64,000 nt of DNA. It comes from Eledone cirrhosa (taxonomy: Eukaryota). How positions within the stretch are numbered: the stretch's first letter is position 1; every line of letters begins with the position of its first letter. Positions 1 to 15,684 of this stretch are shown piece after piece. The DNA lies in the NCBI GenBank assembly GCA_964016885.1, contig OZ024743.1:225370001-225434000 (forward strand). The letters run 5' to 3'. The translations under genes and the position numbers were made by a program. A model generated the notes under the pieces. The model was given only the letters and a program-made list of their open reading frames with translations, had not been told where the DNA came from and ran no database searches.

Positions 1-333
1 TTATTGCTATTTTGGTTTGTTTGGTTAGGGTTTAAATTTAAGTTTCTATTATTAATTCTATTTATATTTTGTGCTATGTTCATAGTAGTAGAGTAGGATA
101 ATTTTATAGTGTGTTTGTTAAAAATAGAGTGGTATCTGTGGGCTTTAGGAAAACATTTATCTAGTGCTTTAAAAAATAGCTTTGCTAAAGGTTTTTTAAC
201 ACTTAATGAGAATGGGGGAGAGTACCAAATAATATTTCTAGTTCTATTTTTTGTTTAGTTTAGTGTTTAAGTTAAATTGTTTATTATTATTATAATTAAT
301 TCTAGGATGATTTGTCATGTTATTGTTATCTAT

Positions 334-1147
334 CTATTTAATTTTATTCCAGTTTCCTGCTCTATGTAAAGCTTCATTGTAATATTCTGCCTTATCATCA
401 AAAATATTTTTATTAGCAGAGATGCGTGAAATCCGTTGTTGGACGCTATTGACAATAGTGTTTTTTATATTTCTAGGATGATTATAATTGAAACTTACGT
501 AATTTAGATTTTCGTTAATTTTATAGAATGGATAGTAAAGACCTGTGCTAAGGTTTAAGGTTACATCTAAGAAGTTAACGATTTTGTAATTATTCTCGAT
601 TTCTAAATTAAGGTTGTAGTTATTGATAAATTGTATTATGAATTTCCTTTTCCTATGGTTTTCAATTAAAAGTAACATATCGTCGCGATATAAACCTCCG
701 GCCATCTCTCGCATTTTCTTATGCAGTACATTATTAATAAATAATCCAACGAGGTCCGTTACTTGCGCCGAGTCAGATGATCCCATAGTGATATCAAGAT
801 TGTTTTTTCTGTCGGCTCTTGTCCAGAGATGATTATTAAATTTTATTAGGGTTTTACGTGCTGTTAGAATTATATTCATTTCTTCACTAAATAAATCTGT
901 ATGTTTAGATGCGTAGATAAGTGCCTTATTAAGTAAGCTAGGGGTAATAGAGGAGTAGTAATTTGCAATATCCATTTGAATTAATTTTTTGTTATGTTTT
1001 AATTTTATCTTATTAAACCAATCTATAACTTCATTAGTACAGTTCCATAGTTTAAGGTGTGATTTTTCTTTAAGTAGTGGTATAATTCGATCTAATATAT
1101 GCTTGCTAATTATGCCTAAGTCCGATTTAGATGGTGCGATGAGTCTG
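334..1147 (-). pseudogene. PLE reverse transcriptase (disrupted)
   Basis: Motifs DIANYYSSI, MGSSDSAQVTDLVG, GGLYRDD, VNFLDVTLNL, YNHP. The N-terminus of the listed ORF comes from the inverted segment and SINE, not the RT. Confidence 0.85.
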
Positions 1148-1190
1148 ACAATAACATGACAAATCATCCTAGAATTAATTATAATAATAA

Positions 1191-1284
1191 TTGTTTCAAC
1201 TTTTGGCACAAGGCCACAATTACCCAGTGCATTACTGGTACTTTATTTTATCGATCCCGTAAGGATGAAAGGCAAAGTTAACCT
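1191..1284 (-). mobile_element. SINE family A, 5'-truncated
   Basis: Core GCCTTTCATCCTTACGGGATCGATAAAATAAAGTACCAG and 3' end GTTGAAACAAT on the minus strand. Confidence 0.8.
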
Positions 1285-1611
1285 TTAATTATTAATTATA
1301 ATATTAATTATTAATTATAATAATAATATAATTATAATATTGATTATTAATTATAATAATAATAAACAATTTAACTTAAACACTAAACTAAAAAAAAAAA
1401 TAGAACTAGAAATATTATTTGGTACTCTCCCCCATTCTTAGCGTTAAAACATCTTTAGCAAAGCTATTTTTTAAAGCACTAGATAAATGTTTTCCTAAAG
1501 CCCACAGATACCACTCTATTTTTAACAGACACACTATAAAACTATCCTACTCTATTAAATTAAAATTAAAATTTTTTTTAAATGATCTTCCTTCTTAATT
1601 TTTTTATATTA

Positions 1612-1730
1612 ATACTATTTTTACCATTTGACATTAATTTTTAAATATTTTTTTTACTATTTTTACCATTTGACATTAATTTTTTAATTTTTTAATATTT
1701 TTTTTACTATTTTTACCATTTGACATTATT
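1612..1730. repeat. Short tandem repeat, 3 copies
   Basis: TACTATTTTTACCATTTGACATTA occurs three times. Confidence 0.75.
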
Positions 1731-2204
1731 TTCTTAATGATACCCCTCTAAATATATTTTTTTAGATGTAGATTGATAATCTTTAATTGACATTCTGAAA
1801 GTTTATCCTCTTTAAGATAGTTCTTCGAAATGCACATTACTTTTTTCCTCTTCTTTGGTCTTCAAACTTTCACACATCTTTCAGCTAAAATAATATATAA
1901 TTGAAATTAATCTCACACAAAATAATATATAATTTTCTCTATATATTTTCTGAGTAAATCATTCATCAAATTTAACGGTTAACAAACAAGATTAGAGTGA
2001 TCTTTTCCTTTTCAATCGTGCAAACATAAACATTATATTATAATATATGTATGATAAACTATATAACTTCGCTAAATGAACAATATTCTGAAAACATTTT
2101 CAATGTTGGAACAAAATATTTGAATCTACAAATTGTTCTATTCTTACAACTTGAACTACATGGTTTTTTTTTATGTAAAATGCAAAATCAACATCCTTAG
2201 TACA

Positions 2205-2654
2205 GCTGGGAAATAAAATTTCGTTTCACTTTTTCCGTTTATCATTTTCGGTGCACCCGGCCGATTAACCCACTCGATATGCAAATTGGGCTACTCAGCC
2301 GTTAATATGCATAAGGTAAGTATATACGTTCAACAATCTGGCAGGAAGGTATGCGTTGTTGACGATAGCTAATAAGCTTGAAACTAGTACAACGTTCCTT
2401 TGTCAGTGTTGAACACACGAGCAACGATGGTTGCTAGACACTACGGCTTAATACGGGATGTTTGTTTACAAACACACCGAGCATTATAATAAATGTTTGG
2501 TGAATCCATACGTACATATATATATGTGTGCATGTATGTATATATATATACATACTACTGTACGTCTGTATACATATATGAATGTACGTGGACACACTTA
2601 TATTTAAGTAACAGCCGTACTAAGAGTGGGAATAGAAATTAAGTTTTTTTTTCC

Positions 2655-2657
<3 letters not shown>
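2205..2657 (+). mobile_element. Hammerhead-bearing non-autonomous element with direct terminal repeats (copy 1)
   Basis: Highly similar to 22905-23450. TGGGAA..AAATT..GTTT..TTTTCCGT is present at both ends, with an internal hammerhead fold. Confidence 0.75.
2354..2394 (+). ncRNA. Minimal type I hammerhead ribozyme, C3U variant (probably impaired)
   Basis: CGTTG-TTGACGA-TAGCTAATAAGCTT-GAAA-CTAG-TA-CAACG. Confidence 0.65.
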
Positions 2658-2689
<32 letters not shown>

Positions 2690-2691
<2 letters not shown>

Positions 2692-2880
2692 AAATGTAAA
2701 CAGATAAACAACACAGGGAAACGATACAGTACAATGAAGTTATATATTAGTTTAATGCTTGATATAGTTGGAAAAAAACGTCTTAATGTTTTGGACATTA
2801 GTCCTTCATCAGAATATAGAATGAACGTTAAAAGAAAAATAGAAAGATAGATGAGAGAAATAAAAGGAAGAAATGTCAGT
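2690..2880 (-). mobile_element. Short PLE-pLTR-like element with degenerate hammerhead
   Basis: Minus strand CTGATGA-A-GGAC-TAAT-GTCC-AAAA-CATTA-AGAC. Homologous to 54845-54970 (shared CAAGCATTAAACTAATATA..CTTCA.TGTACTGT). Abuts (TA)n. Confidence 0.55.
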
Positions 2881-3796
2881 TCCTTTTACTCTGTCTTTCC
2901 TGTTTAGCTCTTAGTTATCTACATCACATGAAAGCACATTAGCAAGACATTCTTGGAAAATACAAAACAGTACTATGACTGCAGCACATTACAAGATGGT
3001 GCCGCAGCATGGCTGCAGTCTAATGACTGAAACCATTAAAAGAATAATAAAGACACTATGAATATTTCAATTAACAAACCTATTTTTAGCAGATCTTAAG
3101 AGTTAAACTACAATACTAACAGACTTTTTTCATTTTTACAGTGACTTAGTCTAAATAAATATAGTTACATTAAATCTATTCCAAAGAACATTTGAATTTA
3201 ATTCATAACATTAGATTTAAATAACAAATTGGAAAACTTAGAAAATCTTGAATAAAAGACAAAAGAAAAAACAATGACCAATTAATCCAGTTAAATTTTA
3301 AACAAATCTGCGTGTATCTGTGTACATCTTCCCATTTGTCTATGTTTAAGTATGCATGTATTTATATGAAATAGCAGTGAGGTGGAATCTTACTAGAAGC
3401 AATAGTCTTTCTTGAAAGAAATACATATAAAAATGTCACTAAATCAATTAAGTAAAACCTAATTAATCAGAATCAAAAGCTTGAAATGTAATTACGAATC
3501 AAAAGACTAGTTAACTATTACATCCAGACAGACTTTAACAATAGTTAAACAAACAGAAAAAACAAATATCAAATGGATTTCATCAGTGAGATCAAATTTA
3601 ATATATTCTAAGCTAATCAAAGTTGTTAGAGTATTGGTTTAAATGTCCCAGTATTTTTTCTGGCTCACAGCGCTCTGAGTTCAAATCCTACTGAGGTCAA
3701 CTTTGTCATCTTTGCTTTTCCTTTTTTCAGAGTTGAGAAATAAACTATCAGTTTGGGGAAGGTAGATTGTTGGATTTGTTATAACAAGCCAGATGG

Positions 3797-4072
3797 GATG
3801 ATTTGCAGTATCTCTTCTGAGTCAGAGCATTCTGAGTTCAAACTACACTTCCTTCTACCAAGAATTATGAATGGCAGATAGTATCAACAATGAAATAACC
3901 AACGGTAACATAGTATCTTTTGTTTGATCTGATAGGATGCTTTGCAGTATCTCTTCTGGGTCAGAGCATTCTGAGTTCAAACCACACTTCCTTCTGCCAA
4001 GGATTATAAATGGCAGATAGTAACAACAATGAAAAGACCAATCATAACATGGTATCTTTTGTTTGATCTGAT
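3797..4072. repeat. Diverged tandem duplication (~138-bp unit) including part of a SINE head
   Basis: GCAGTATCTCTTCTG...TTTGATCTGAT occurs at ~3797-3933 and ~3935-4072. Confidence 0.8.
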
Positions 4073-4440
4073 GATTGGCTATTTTTTTTCTTCTTAAATA
4101 CTTGTACTAGCCAAATGATTAATATGTCTATCTCCTGATTCATAAACAGTCAATTTATATCCCACAGTAGTTTTAAGACATTTTACATCTAACTGTACAC
4201 TAGTTACCAGTAAATGACATATCAAAGTTAAGTTGGTTGATCTCTGGCTAATTGACAAAGTTGGTGTTTCTGTTTGCAGTCTAAATTTGTTTTAGATGTT
4301 TAATCAAATCTGTGATTGAAATGGCAATGATAGATCATTAAATGCAGGGATAGTAGAGAAATGCCTGCAGCCTCTTTAAGTATTCTTAGTTAAACACCAC
4401 ATTTCAATAGCAGTGTCTAAATAATTAAAGAAATATTTAA

Positions 4441-4510
4441 CCCTTTTGATAGCAACCTACCTGAAACCAACCCTTGGTCTACAATATAAAGCTGTTTGTT
4501 TTAAAGTGTT

Positions 4511-4561
<51 letters not shown>

Positions 4562-4931
4562 AAACTACCTTCCATCATAATTTTATGTATAAAACTTAGT
4601 TAAGTTATGTTTCAAACACCAGATAAATAATTGTTTCTACTTTAGGCATAAGGCCAACAATTTGAAAGGGTAAGGAAAGCCGATTAAATCGAAACTAGTG
4701 TGTTACTGGTGCTTTATTTTATCAACCTTGTAAGGATGAAAGGCAAAGCTAATCTCGGCAGGATTTGAACTCAGAACGTAAAGGGCCATAACTCTATACA
4801 GCAAAGCATGGTGTCTGATGCTCTCCCGATACTGCCGATGACAGTTATATCACTAAATCCCTTTAAATAATTCTGAAATTATTTGAAGATCATAGGTAAT
4901 GTATTTCATTAGAAATATAGTCACAAAAGGG
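4441..4931. mobile_element. piggyBac-type MITE with nested SINE and (TA)n
   Basis: TTAA|CCCTTTTG ... CAAAAGGG|TTAA. Confidence 0.65.
4631..4840 (-). mobile_element. SINE family A
   Basis: B-box-like GTTCAAATCC, core and GTAGAAACAAT 3' end on the minus strand. Confidence 0.85.
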
Positions 4932-5004
4932 TTAAGCTATTGGCAAATCAGAACTATTCAGTCTAATTACTGGCTGTAGCCCTTAAATTGTATTTAGGAT
5001 AATA

Positions 5005-5170
5005 TTGGTTTCTGATTTAGGCACAATTTTGGGTGGACGGGAAAGTTGATCAGATCGACCCCAGTGCATTACCTGTACTTTATTTTATCGACCCTGAATC
5101 GTAAAGGGGCATAACTCTATGCCATAAAGCATATTGTCTGATACTCTACCGATACTGCCAATTCACCACC
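5005..5170 (-). mobile_element. SINE family A (internal deletion)
   Basis: Homology to other copies; TSD TAGGATAATA. Confidence 0.75.
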
Positions 5171-5409
5171 CTAGGATAATATTAAATGTTAAATTTGTCC
5201 CTCAACATTTGAGTACAAAATACACACCTTTGTATCATAGATCCAGGGGTGTTTTGAGAGAGTTTGGTATCAAATTGATCAATAATATAAGATTAGGCCT
5301 AGTGTTTTGCATGATTCCATGAATCTCATATATAATAGGCTTCTACACAGTTTCTGTTTACCAAGTAATGATACAGGAATTACTTAATAGGAAAATAGTA
5401 TTGTAACTT

Positions 5410-5850
5410 TCATCATGTTCCCACAGCTGGTGCAGCCAGTCATTAGGGTGCCTCTCTAGACAATTTCAAAGTCAGCTGTTGCCACCGGTCTCTAATTCCC
5501 ATCATGCATATAAAGGTTGTGGTGTTGTGAACTGTCCAGTTTTTGATGTTGTTGGACCAGGATTTTCTATGTCTGCCTCTTCTTCACCTTTCCTCAATTG
5601 TACTCTAAAGGATGGTTTTAGACAGGGATATGTGACCATAGCAGGCAAGCTTCCATCTTTTCACCATTGCAAGGAGTGGTTCCTATCTGCCAACATATCT
5701 GTTGACTTGCTGCCTAACAAAGCTCTTTGTTTTATTCATTGTGAATAGTTGGAAGCACTTTTGTTCAAATGCCTGGATTCTCCATTCTATGTCAACTGTA
5801 AGAGTCCAGTTCTCACACCTCTAAAGAATGGCTGAGGTCACTAGGGACTT
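5410..5850 (-). mobile_element. Old RTE-like LINE 3' remnant
   Basis: Degenerate minus-strand IQAFE and ILxGxxEGxRRRGR-type coding traces. Confidence 0.45.
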
Positions 5851-7337
5851 GTACAATTTTAACAGGCATAAAAATTAACATATTTTAGCCATTGGGTTAA
5901 TGATACAATAGTGTTACTGAGTAATTAACCCCTGTGTTTTGGTTCTCCTAAATATGCTAATTTTCCATTAGTAATTTTAATTAGATTTTTAAGTTCTGCA
6001 TTAAATATTTTCAACAACTACTTGTTGATGTTCAAGCTGATGGTGTCTCTAAGTAATTGGCTTGTCTTTGTTTTTCTAAATATGCTAATTTTCCCAATGT
6101 AATCAGGCTGCAATACTGTAATTTTATTAATTGATTCCTTTATCATTACTTTGTGTAGTCTACACTTTGCTAAGAGAGTTCCTATTTAAATTAAATTTCC
6201 CACCAATAATTTTATATAACCTTATGTTAAGTTACTATCACAGTAATGAAATAATTGATAATTTTATTAAATCCCTCAAAATCGTTCATTGATTAATTGA
6301 AATAAAGTGTAGTTCATGAGAAATGTGCTGACGAAAGGTTAACCAACAGCTTCATGCAGTTTATTGCTGGCCAGTTAGAAAAGGCGTATCTATTTTTAAA
6401 ACACCCACTTCAGCAGTTTATCTTAAAGTTCGAACATGAAAAAATTTTAATCAACACATGACAGCATAGAAAAAAAAAAAAGATACAATACAATGAAACA
6501 TAAAAAATATGAAAGCAAGTAAGAAGGAATTTTAACGATGTAGATTTGAATTTATTTAGATGTTATAATGAGAATGTTTGTTAGTTAAATGTCACCATGT
6601 GGATCTGTGAATCAAACAGAGCCAAAGCAATTCTGTACTGATGCTATCTTGCACAACATATATACATGGCTCAGAGATTTACAATTGCAGGCTTAAAGAG
6701 AGGAATGGAAAGAAATGGTAGTAGAGACGTTAGCATGCTGCTGTCTACTGACCCTTTAAGAATTACAGCTTCTGCCTGACATTTCAATAGAACATATAAA
6801 AATGACGGCTTCTGACCTATTGCTCTGCCATCTTATGCAGCAGTGCAGCAGCAGAAAGATGAAAGGGACACACAGACGTGTATATATATATGTGTGCGTG
6901 TGTGTTTATATACATACATACATACATACATACATACAGAGAGAGAGAGAGAGATGCACATATATATATGTATGCATATATATATGCACACACACACATG
7001 TAGTATGTAGAGAATTATGTATGATGGTATATAATTGCCAAGTAGTTTCAGAATTAGCTTAATGTGTTTATATATTATTGGTCTGAAGAAAAGGTAGATT
7101 TTGGGGGTGAAAAAGTTGGAAAGGCAGACATAAACACAGACCAAATATAATCAAATATATAGATGGAAAAATTACCTTTTAAATCATTTCTAATTCTTTA
7201 CACATGTTCCAAGAGAGTTATACAACAAATGATATATAAATATATATACATATATATGTACATATCTATACAAATGTATATATGCTATGAATGTTTGAGT
7301 ATGTTTGCATACATACATACATACATACATACATACA

Positions 7338-7682
7338 TGATGGCTGCCCCCTCATTATCGAGTATGGCCATTGCACGATATAATAATTAATAATTATTAA
7401 TTTATTCTATCATGCAATACATGTGCGTGAAGATATTTTTTAAAGTGGGGAAAGACTGTGCACTGAGCCAATCCCACTCTCTGAGTGATAGTAGCTATAA
7501 CCCGAAAAGAAGAAAAGATCAACATCATCGGTAACTACTGAGTCGCAGGTTTTATATCAGAGTTAGCCCAGTTACCTGAGTTGCCTTCTCCTAGAAGAAT
7601 GCTCTGACAAAGGCTAGGGCTCCTTCACTCCCAGTGGTTTAACCGCGCGATCGGGTGTCCAGCCCGACTATTTCTGTCCCTA
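7338..7682 (-). mobile_element. SINE-like family C, related subfamily
   Basis: GGCAGCCATC(ATGT)n end on the minus strand. Homologous to 58618-58940 and more distantly to the 16960/28067/36824 copies. Confidence 0.7.
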
Positions 7683-8529
7683 CGCATATACATACACATG
7701 CACCCATGTATATATACATATACATACATATGTACATGTGTATATACATATTTACACACTTTTGGATGGCCGTTGACTCTTATGCACACATATACACATA
7801 CATACACACACATACATACATGCATGCATGCATACACACACACATATATATATATGCTATGAATGTTTGATTATGCTTGATATTTATGTATAGGTGACAC
7901 AAAGATTGATAGCTGTAAAGTAATATTGCCAGTTTCTTGAACACTCCTAACTGTTGCTGTCATAACATTAGGAAGTTCTATATTACCATCAGTCATTCAC
8001 TAATCTAACATGTATGTATGTATATGTTGAATGTGGTTATAATCTAAAAGAAAAGGATGCAAACTGCTGCAGGAAAATTAGTCTATGGTCTTTTATACCA
8101 GTGTGAACTTTAAAGTGATGACGTAGGCAATATTAAAAGTTGAATCAATGATATTGCTAAGAAAAAAAGATATTTTTTATCTGTTATTTAGCTGCAGGTC
8201 AACTCTAATTGACGTAGAGTGAAGGGATTCCAGTCATGACCACATTTAGTTTGTAGGGTATGTATCTAGAATTACATTACAAAGAAGAGGAAAATAGTGA
8301 GAGGAAAACTATACACTCTTGGGTAGACACTATATCTCAGTGGTACTCTACAGACATGATGGCAGAGACATTGCCATGGCAAAGAGCCATCAGTACCCAT
8401 TGCATCAACCCTTTCACATTGCAGGACTCCTTGGTGAAGGAATATGCTGTTGGGGGATTGAAAACACTGGTGGTTTTGATGACAGCTAGCATGAAATAGA
8501 AATAACCAGCCATGCTTAGTATTTAAATA

Positions 8530-8782
8530 ATAATAATAATAATGAAAATTATTGTTTACAGTGCTCAGGTGCACTACAACTCATCAAAGTGCATGTATAA
8601 TACATAGAATAATGTACAAATGTCAGGAAAGTGAACAGTGTATGAATCATGATATACACACAGATACATGTGTGTGGTATGAGTATGGAGAGGGAATATC
8701 AGGTGTAGAGTTGGCAAATTTGGGGAAGCATGGAAGTTTTGAAGGATGCAGTGTCCCGACAGTTAACAACTGATGCAGGTAG
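8530..8782 (-). mobile_element. CR1-like LINE 3' end
   Basis: Minus-strand PASVVNCRDTASFK plus 3'UTR and (ATT)n tail. Copies at 48058 and 50279. Confidence 0.7.
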
Positions 8783-9579
8783 TTTAGTCACCTTCTACTC
8801 TTCTGTGGCAGTCCAGGGACACTGGTACTCTCTATGGCAGCCAACACAAAAGAGGAAACAATCAGTCAATGTCTGGTATTTAGTCATTTTCCACAAACCT
8901 GTGCTACAGGTGGTAATTCGGGTTTGTGCTTGAAGAGATCAAGTTGGTTGTCTCTCTATATGTGAACCAAGTGGACTGGAGACAGTCATTTCATTCATGT
9001 TATTTTTTTTATTGTTTAATGTTCATTTTCCACGCTAGCATGGGTTAGCTGGGTTGTCCCATTAGAGGCAAAAGAGGGCAGGTGACCTTGTCTTGCTCAT
9101 ATAGAACTGTGTGTAAATATATATATATAACTTTATAAATATAGCATCCTGTAATGATTTAGCAGAAAATATTTAAAACAGGTCTGTTAATTCAAAAGCT
9201 TAACATATCTTCACCAGTAGACAGATTATTGTGAACATTTGCAGACAATTTACAATGTGATACAGTCATAGTGCTGTAGTGTATTTCCAAGAAAGTCTTG
9301 CTAATGCAGTTTCATGTAGTACAGGTCTTTAAGAGTTAAATATACTAAACTGACATTAAAGAGCATGAACTTAGTTTGTAGAGCAGACAATATAGAGTTA
9401 ACCTATTAATTATTTATTTCTAATGAGTATATATTTATTGTAAATGATTCTGTAAAATTACCAATTATTAATCTTATGTATGACAGGCTGCAGGAAGCAC
9501 ATGTATCACTAGCTGTTATTTGTACTTGGTATAGAGATCATTAGGTTATGATAACATGAGTGCATATATATATATATAC

Positions 9580-9904
9580 AGTGGTTAGCGCATTGACCTT
9601 GCAATCGAAAAGTTGTGAGTTCAATTCTCAGACCGGGTGATGTGTTGTTTCCTTGAGCAAGACACTTTATTTCACATTGCTCCAGTTTACTCAGCTGTAG
9701 AAATGAGATGATAGGGACTGGGGTCCATATCATTCCACTGAAAAGTGGTCGTGGAGGTGCCACGGCAAAAAAGCACCCAGCACTCACTGTAAATGAGGTT
9801 GGTGTTAGGAAGGGCATCCAGCTGTAGAAATCAAGCCAGAATCAGTTCCCGTCCCACCCTTGCAAGCAGGGAAAAGTGGACGTAAAATGATGATGATGAT
9901 GATG
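9580..9904 (+). mobile_element. SINE family B: tRNA-like head, CORE-like centre, RTE-type tail
   Basis: GTGGTTAGCG...GTTCAATTC head; CCTTGAGCAAGACACTTTA centre; GTTAGGAAGGGCATCCAGCTGTAGAAA...(GAT)n tail shared with the RTE copies. Confidence 0.8.
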
Positions 9905-10321
9905 AATGCTGCATGGTAGTGAGACATGGGCAGCAACTGCTGAGGATATGCGACGGCTGGGGAGAAATGAGGCAAGCATGCTCCGTTGGATGTTCAATGT
10001 CAATGTGCGTGAATGACTGAGCATCGATATGTTGAGAGAGAAACTGTGTCTGAGAGGGATAGATTGTAATGAGCGAGAGAGGAGACTGTGGTGGTATGGA
10101 CATGTGATGCGCATGGAGGACGACTGATGGGTGAAGAAGTGCCAAGAAATGCCAGTTGAAGGAAGACGTAGTAGAGGTAGACCACGAAAAACAGACCTCA
10201 GATCGCTGAAGCTCACGGTGGTAATGATGAAGGACCGTGACAAGTGGAGAGATGCTGTGCTGAATAGGACACGTCCCACCCTTGCAAGCAGGGAAAAGCA
10301 GACGTAAAATGATGATGATGA
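9905..10321 (+). mobile_element. Older RTE subfamily 3' fragment
   Basis: MLHGSETW...WYGHVMRM...GRPRKT traces and (GAT)n tail. Confidence 0.8.
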
Positions 10322-10400
10322 TATATATGTATATATACTGTGCTGTTTGTTTCATTAATGTTGTTATTGCTGTTAACCTATTACATATATATATACATAT

Positions 10401-10698
10401 AAACAAATAATGTATGAAGCCGAATTTTCAGCCTTTGACACGCTGAGAATATATATATATTAGTATAAAGAAAGTGATAAGCACAGAAATTATATAAAGA
10501 TAGCTTATAAAATAGGGTGAAGACCCTTAAAATATGGGTAAAGAAGTTGCCATCGGCCGCTAGGAGGAATTGAACCCCATATCTTCCAGATACCTGTTCG
10601 CCACTTTAACCATTAAGCTAAGGAGCCATGACATATATATATACATATATTCTCAGCTCTTCAAAAGGTGAAGAATCGGCTTTGTACATTATTTGTTT
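10401..10698. mobile_element. Element bounded by ~55-bp diverged inverted repeats, with a tRNA-like segment inside
   Basis: 10401-10455 versus 10645-10698 inverted. Minus-strand tRNA-like TAGCTTAATGGTTAAAG...GGTTCAATTCC at ~10560-10625. Confidence 0.55.
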
Positions 10699-11267
10699 AC
10701 ATATGAATGTCTGTCTGTCAGTCTTTCTGCCTGCTGACATCTGAAAACTGTTGTGCAGTTATCTAGTTAAAATGATTGGCAAGGATTCACCATGAATCCT
10801 TAGCTTAATGGTTAAAGTGTCTAGCCGGTATCTGGAACAACATCTTTACAGTTACTGCAATAATAAAATGCACTAAGTATATACTTCACAAAGTATTTGA
10901 TGCTAGAAACAGCATCCAGCCATAGTAACGATGCCAAAATATGGAACGTTTAAGCAAAACAGGATCTGTTTTCTCTGAACCATCTAGATTTGCACCTTGA
11001 TGACACATTCAACGCATGCCAGCATGGAAAGCAGAGGTAAAAAACCTGATGATGAGTGTATACATCCTGTTTGTGTACATGTATATATACATGTATGTCA
11101 TATATGTATATATGTGCATCTGTTCAGGGAAATACATGGAAGCATTTTTTTCATTCATGACAATGTATATTGTAGGAGTTTCCATTCATTGAGAGAATTG
11201 GAAATCAAAATTGTCAATGTATTATATGTATGTGTGTATATATATATATATAGTTTTAATATAGATG

Positions 11268-11318
11268 AGATTCTACAGGACTAGAACTGTTTCATTCTTT
11301 AGAAATCATCAGGAATCT
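11268..11318 (-). ncRNA. Type I hammerhead ribozyme in left pLTR
   Basis: Reverse complement of 16558-16608. Confidence 0.85.
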
Positions 11319-11812
11319 GGGTATCAAAAAATAAGTATGGTATTTATAGGTCTCTACAAGTGGTAGGAGAGGGTGGGGAGTGGGATGGGTGTAGGTCATT
11401 GGTTGATAGAAAAGGGAATTCATTAAAATCTAATTCTACAAAGCTATAGTTTATTTTTATTTATTTTATTTTTGTTTTTAGAGTAACAAAGGCAGACAGA
11501 ATTCTATAAACAGGTTCAGGATGGCATGCCACTCCTTATTATTAAGTTTCTCTTAAGCTAACAGGTGTCTATAAGATCAGTGGGGGGTCAGTCATGGTAG
11601 ATAGATTTAAAGGAAAGGGAGATTCTTTAAAAGCTAAATTCATTAAGGTTCTAAGTGACAAAGGTTTAGAGAATTCTGTAGACAAATTCAAAATATTGAG
11701 TGCATATCTTACAATTATCCTCAAATTTCTCTTAAACTATTCAACTATATGCCAAAGATCAACAGACACATTCACAAAACACACTCACTCACACACTCGC
11801 GCGCACCCATAA

Positions 11813-14330
<2,518 letters not shown>

Positions 14331-14480
14331 ATATACGCAGGCACATAAAAACACCTTTACAGGCAGAAAATGTAGATAGGTAAGAGGTACTCACATAACC
14401 ATAGTGGCCGTATTTCAGGTTGAGGAGGGGTGGGGGTAGGGTGGGAAGGAGGTATAGGGGCCAATAGGAGGAGGTCGTTT

Positions 14481-14830
14481 TTAGCCATCGGGCTTTAACA
14501 CTGGCTTAAAGTGTTTGAAAGTTGCAAAGTTCTTGTGCATGCAGTTCGGGCAGTGTTCAGAGAGTTTGTTCAGTAGCGGGCCCTTGGCGAATAAAATTTC
14601 GTAGCTCTCTGAAATACAAAGGTCGCAGACCTTGTGTCCTCCGTTGTAAGAGCGCGCTTTCTGGAGTATTTTCCATTTAAGCGTGAAGGGGGTGGAGTTC
14701 CTTTTGAGGTCCCAAACATAGGAGGCGAGTGTTGTCTGGTTTGATTTGTCCGGTCTTCTGAAGGAGTGGGTATGGTCATACCAACGGGTCTTAAAGTTGT
14801 TGGCGGTGATGCCGATGTAAGTTTTTTTTG
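14481..14830 (-). pseudogene. PLE GIY-YIG endonuclease (frameshifted from RT)
   Basis: TYIGIT, FKTRW..H..SF, CDLCISE, LLNK..E..C.H. Frameshift at the T-run near 14822-14829. Confidence 0.85.
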
Positions 14831-15684
14831 CAATCATCGGTGCCTGAGATGACATCGCATTTGTATACGATATCATTTGTGAGGCATTTGTTTTCAAGTG
14901 GGCATGCTTCCTTATTTAGGCAATTACACAGAGCCCCAGTCCGGGGATTGGGTTCGGAGGTGGTTGGCTTATTTAATTTTTTAGAATTGTGGTTGGTTAT
15001 ATTCCTAGCTAGGTTAGGTGTGGTGGAGTAGGAGAGTCTTATTGTGTTCTTATTAAAGATGGTGTGGTACCTATGTGGTATGGGGAAGTGTAATTTCAGC
15101 AAAGTGAAGAAAATCCTAGCTATCGGAGTAGAGACCTCTCTATTGAAGGGAGGGTTGTACCAGCTAATCTGCCTATGTCTATTCCTCCTCTGCAATCTTG
15201 CGGTGGTTTCTAGGTATGTTATCTTTTCTTTAAATTCGCTACGGGCGAGGGCGTCATTGTAGTAGGAGGCAGATGCATTAAAAATATCTTTGTTGGCGGA
15301 GAGGCCAGATATTCTAATAGAGACGCTTTTTACTAGGTTATCAGTGATGTTTTGGGGGTGGTTTGAATTAACATTAATATATTTAAGGGACTCGTTAGGT
15401 TTGTGGTACGGGTAATAGAGGGAAGTATCTAGGTCGAGAGTGACATCTAAGAAGTTGGCCCTAGTCAAATTAGATTCTATAGTTATACTAAATCCTAGAT
15501 TAGAGAAGAATGAGCTTAAGTTTTTCCAAAACCCATCGGTGGTTCTGGGGTTAACCTTATGCAGGGCGAAGAGGCCGTTGTCTCGGTATAAACCTCCCGT
15601 TAGGCCGGTAAAGAGGTTCTTCAGGTGATGTAGGATGTACAGGCCCACAAGGTCGCTAATTTCAGCCAAGTCACTCGTTCCCAT
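14791..15684 (-). pseudogene. PLE RT C-terminal half, thumb and CxCx5Cx5C linker; 5'-truncated
   Basis: MGTSDLAEISDLVG, GGLYRDN (YRDD to YRDN), NFLDVTLDL, SNHP, WYNPPF, CNCLNKEACPLENKC. Confidence 0.85.

Larger units (their letters stand above)
1..1557 (-). mobile_element. Penelope-like element (PLE) fragment, 5'-truncated, with inverted duplication; runs off the left window edge
   Basis: Minus-strand RT ORF 334-1209. Segments 1148-1190 and ~1345-1557 are the reverse complement of ~88-327, interrupted by a SINE at 1191-1284. Confidence 0.85.

Noticed and set aside
8260-8574. Overlapping short ORFs in non-repetitive sequence
   Set aside because: No recognisable domain or convincing splice-site pair.
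11594-11812. Identical 72-aa ORF at 11594 (+) and 16064 (-)
   Set aside because: Consequence of the inverted pLTR duplication; antisense to the element and without recognisable motifs.
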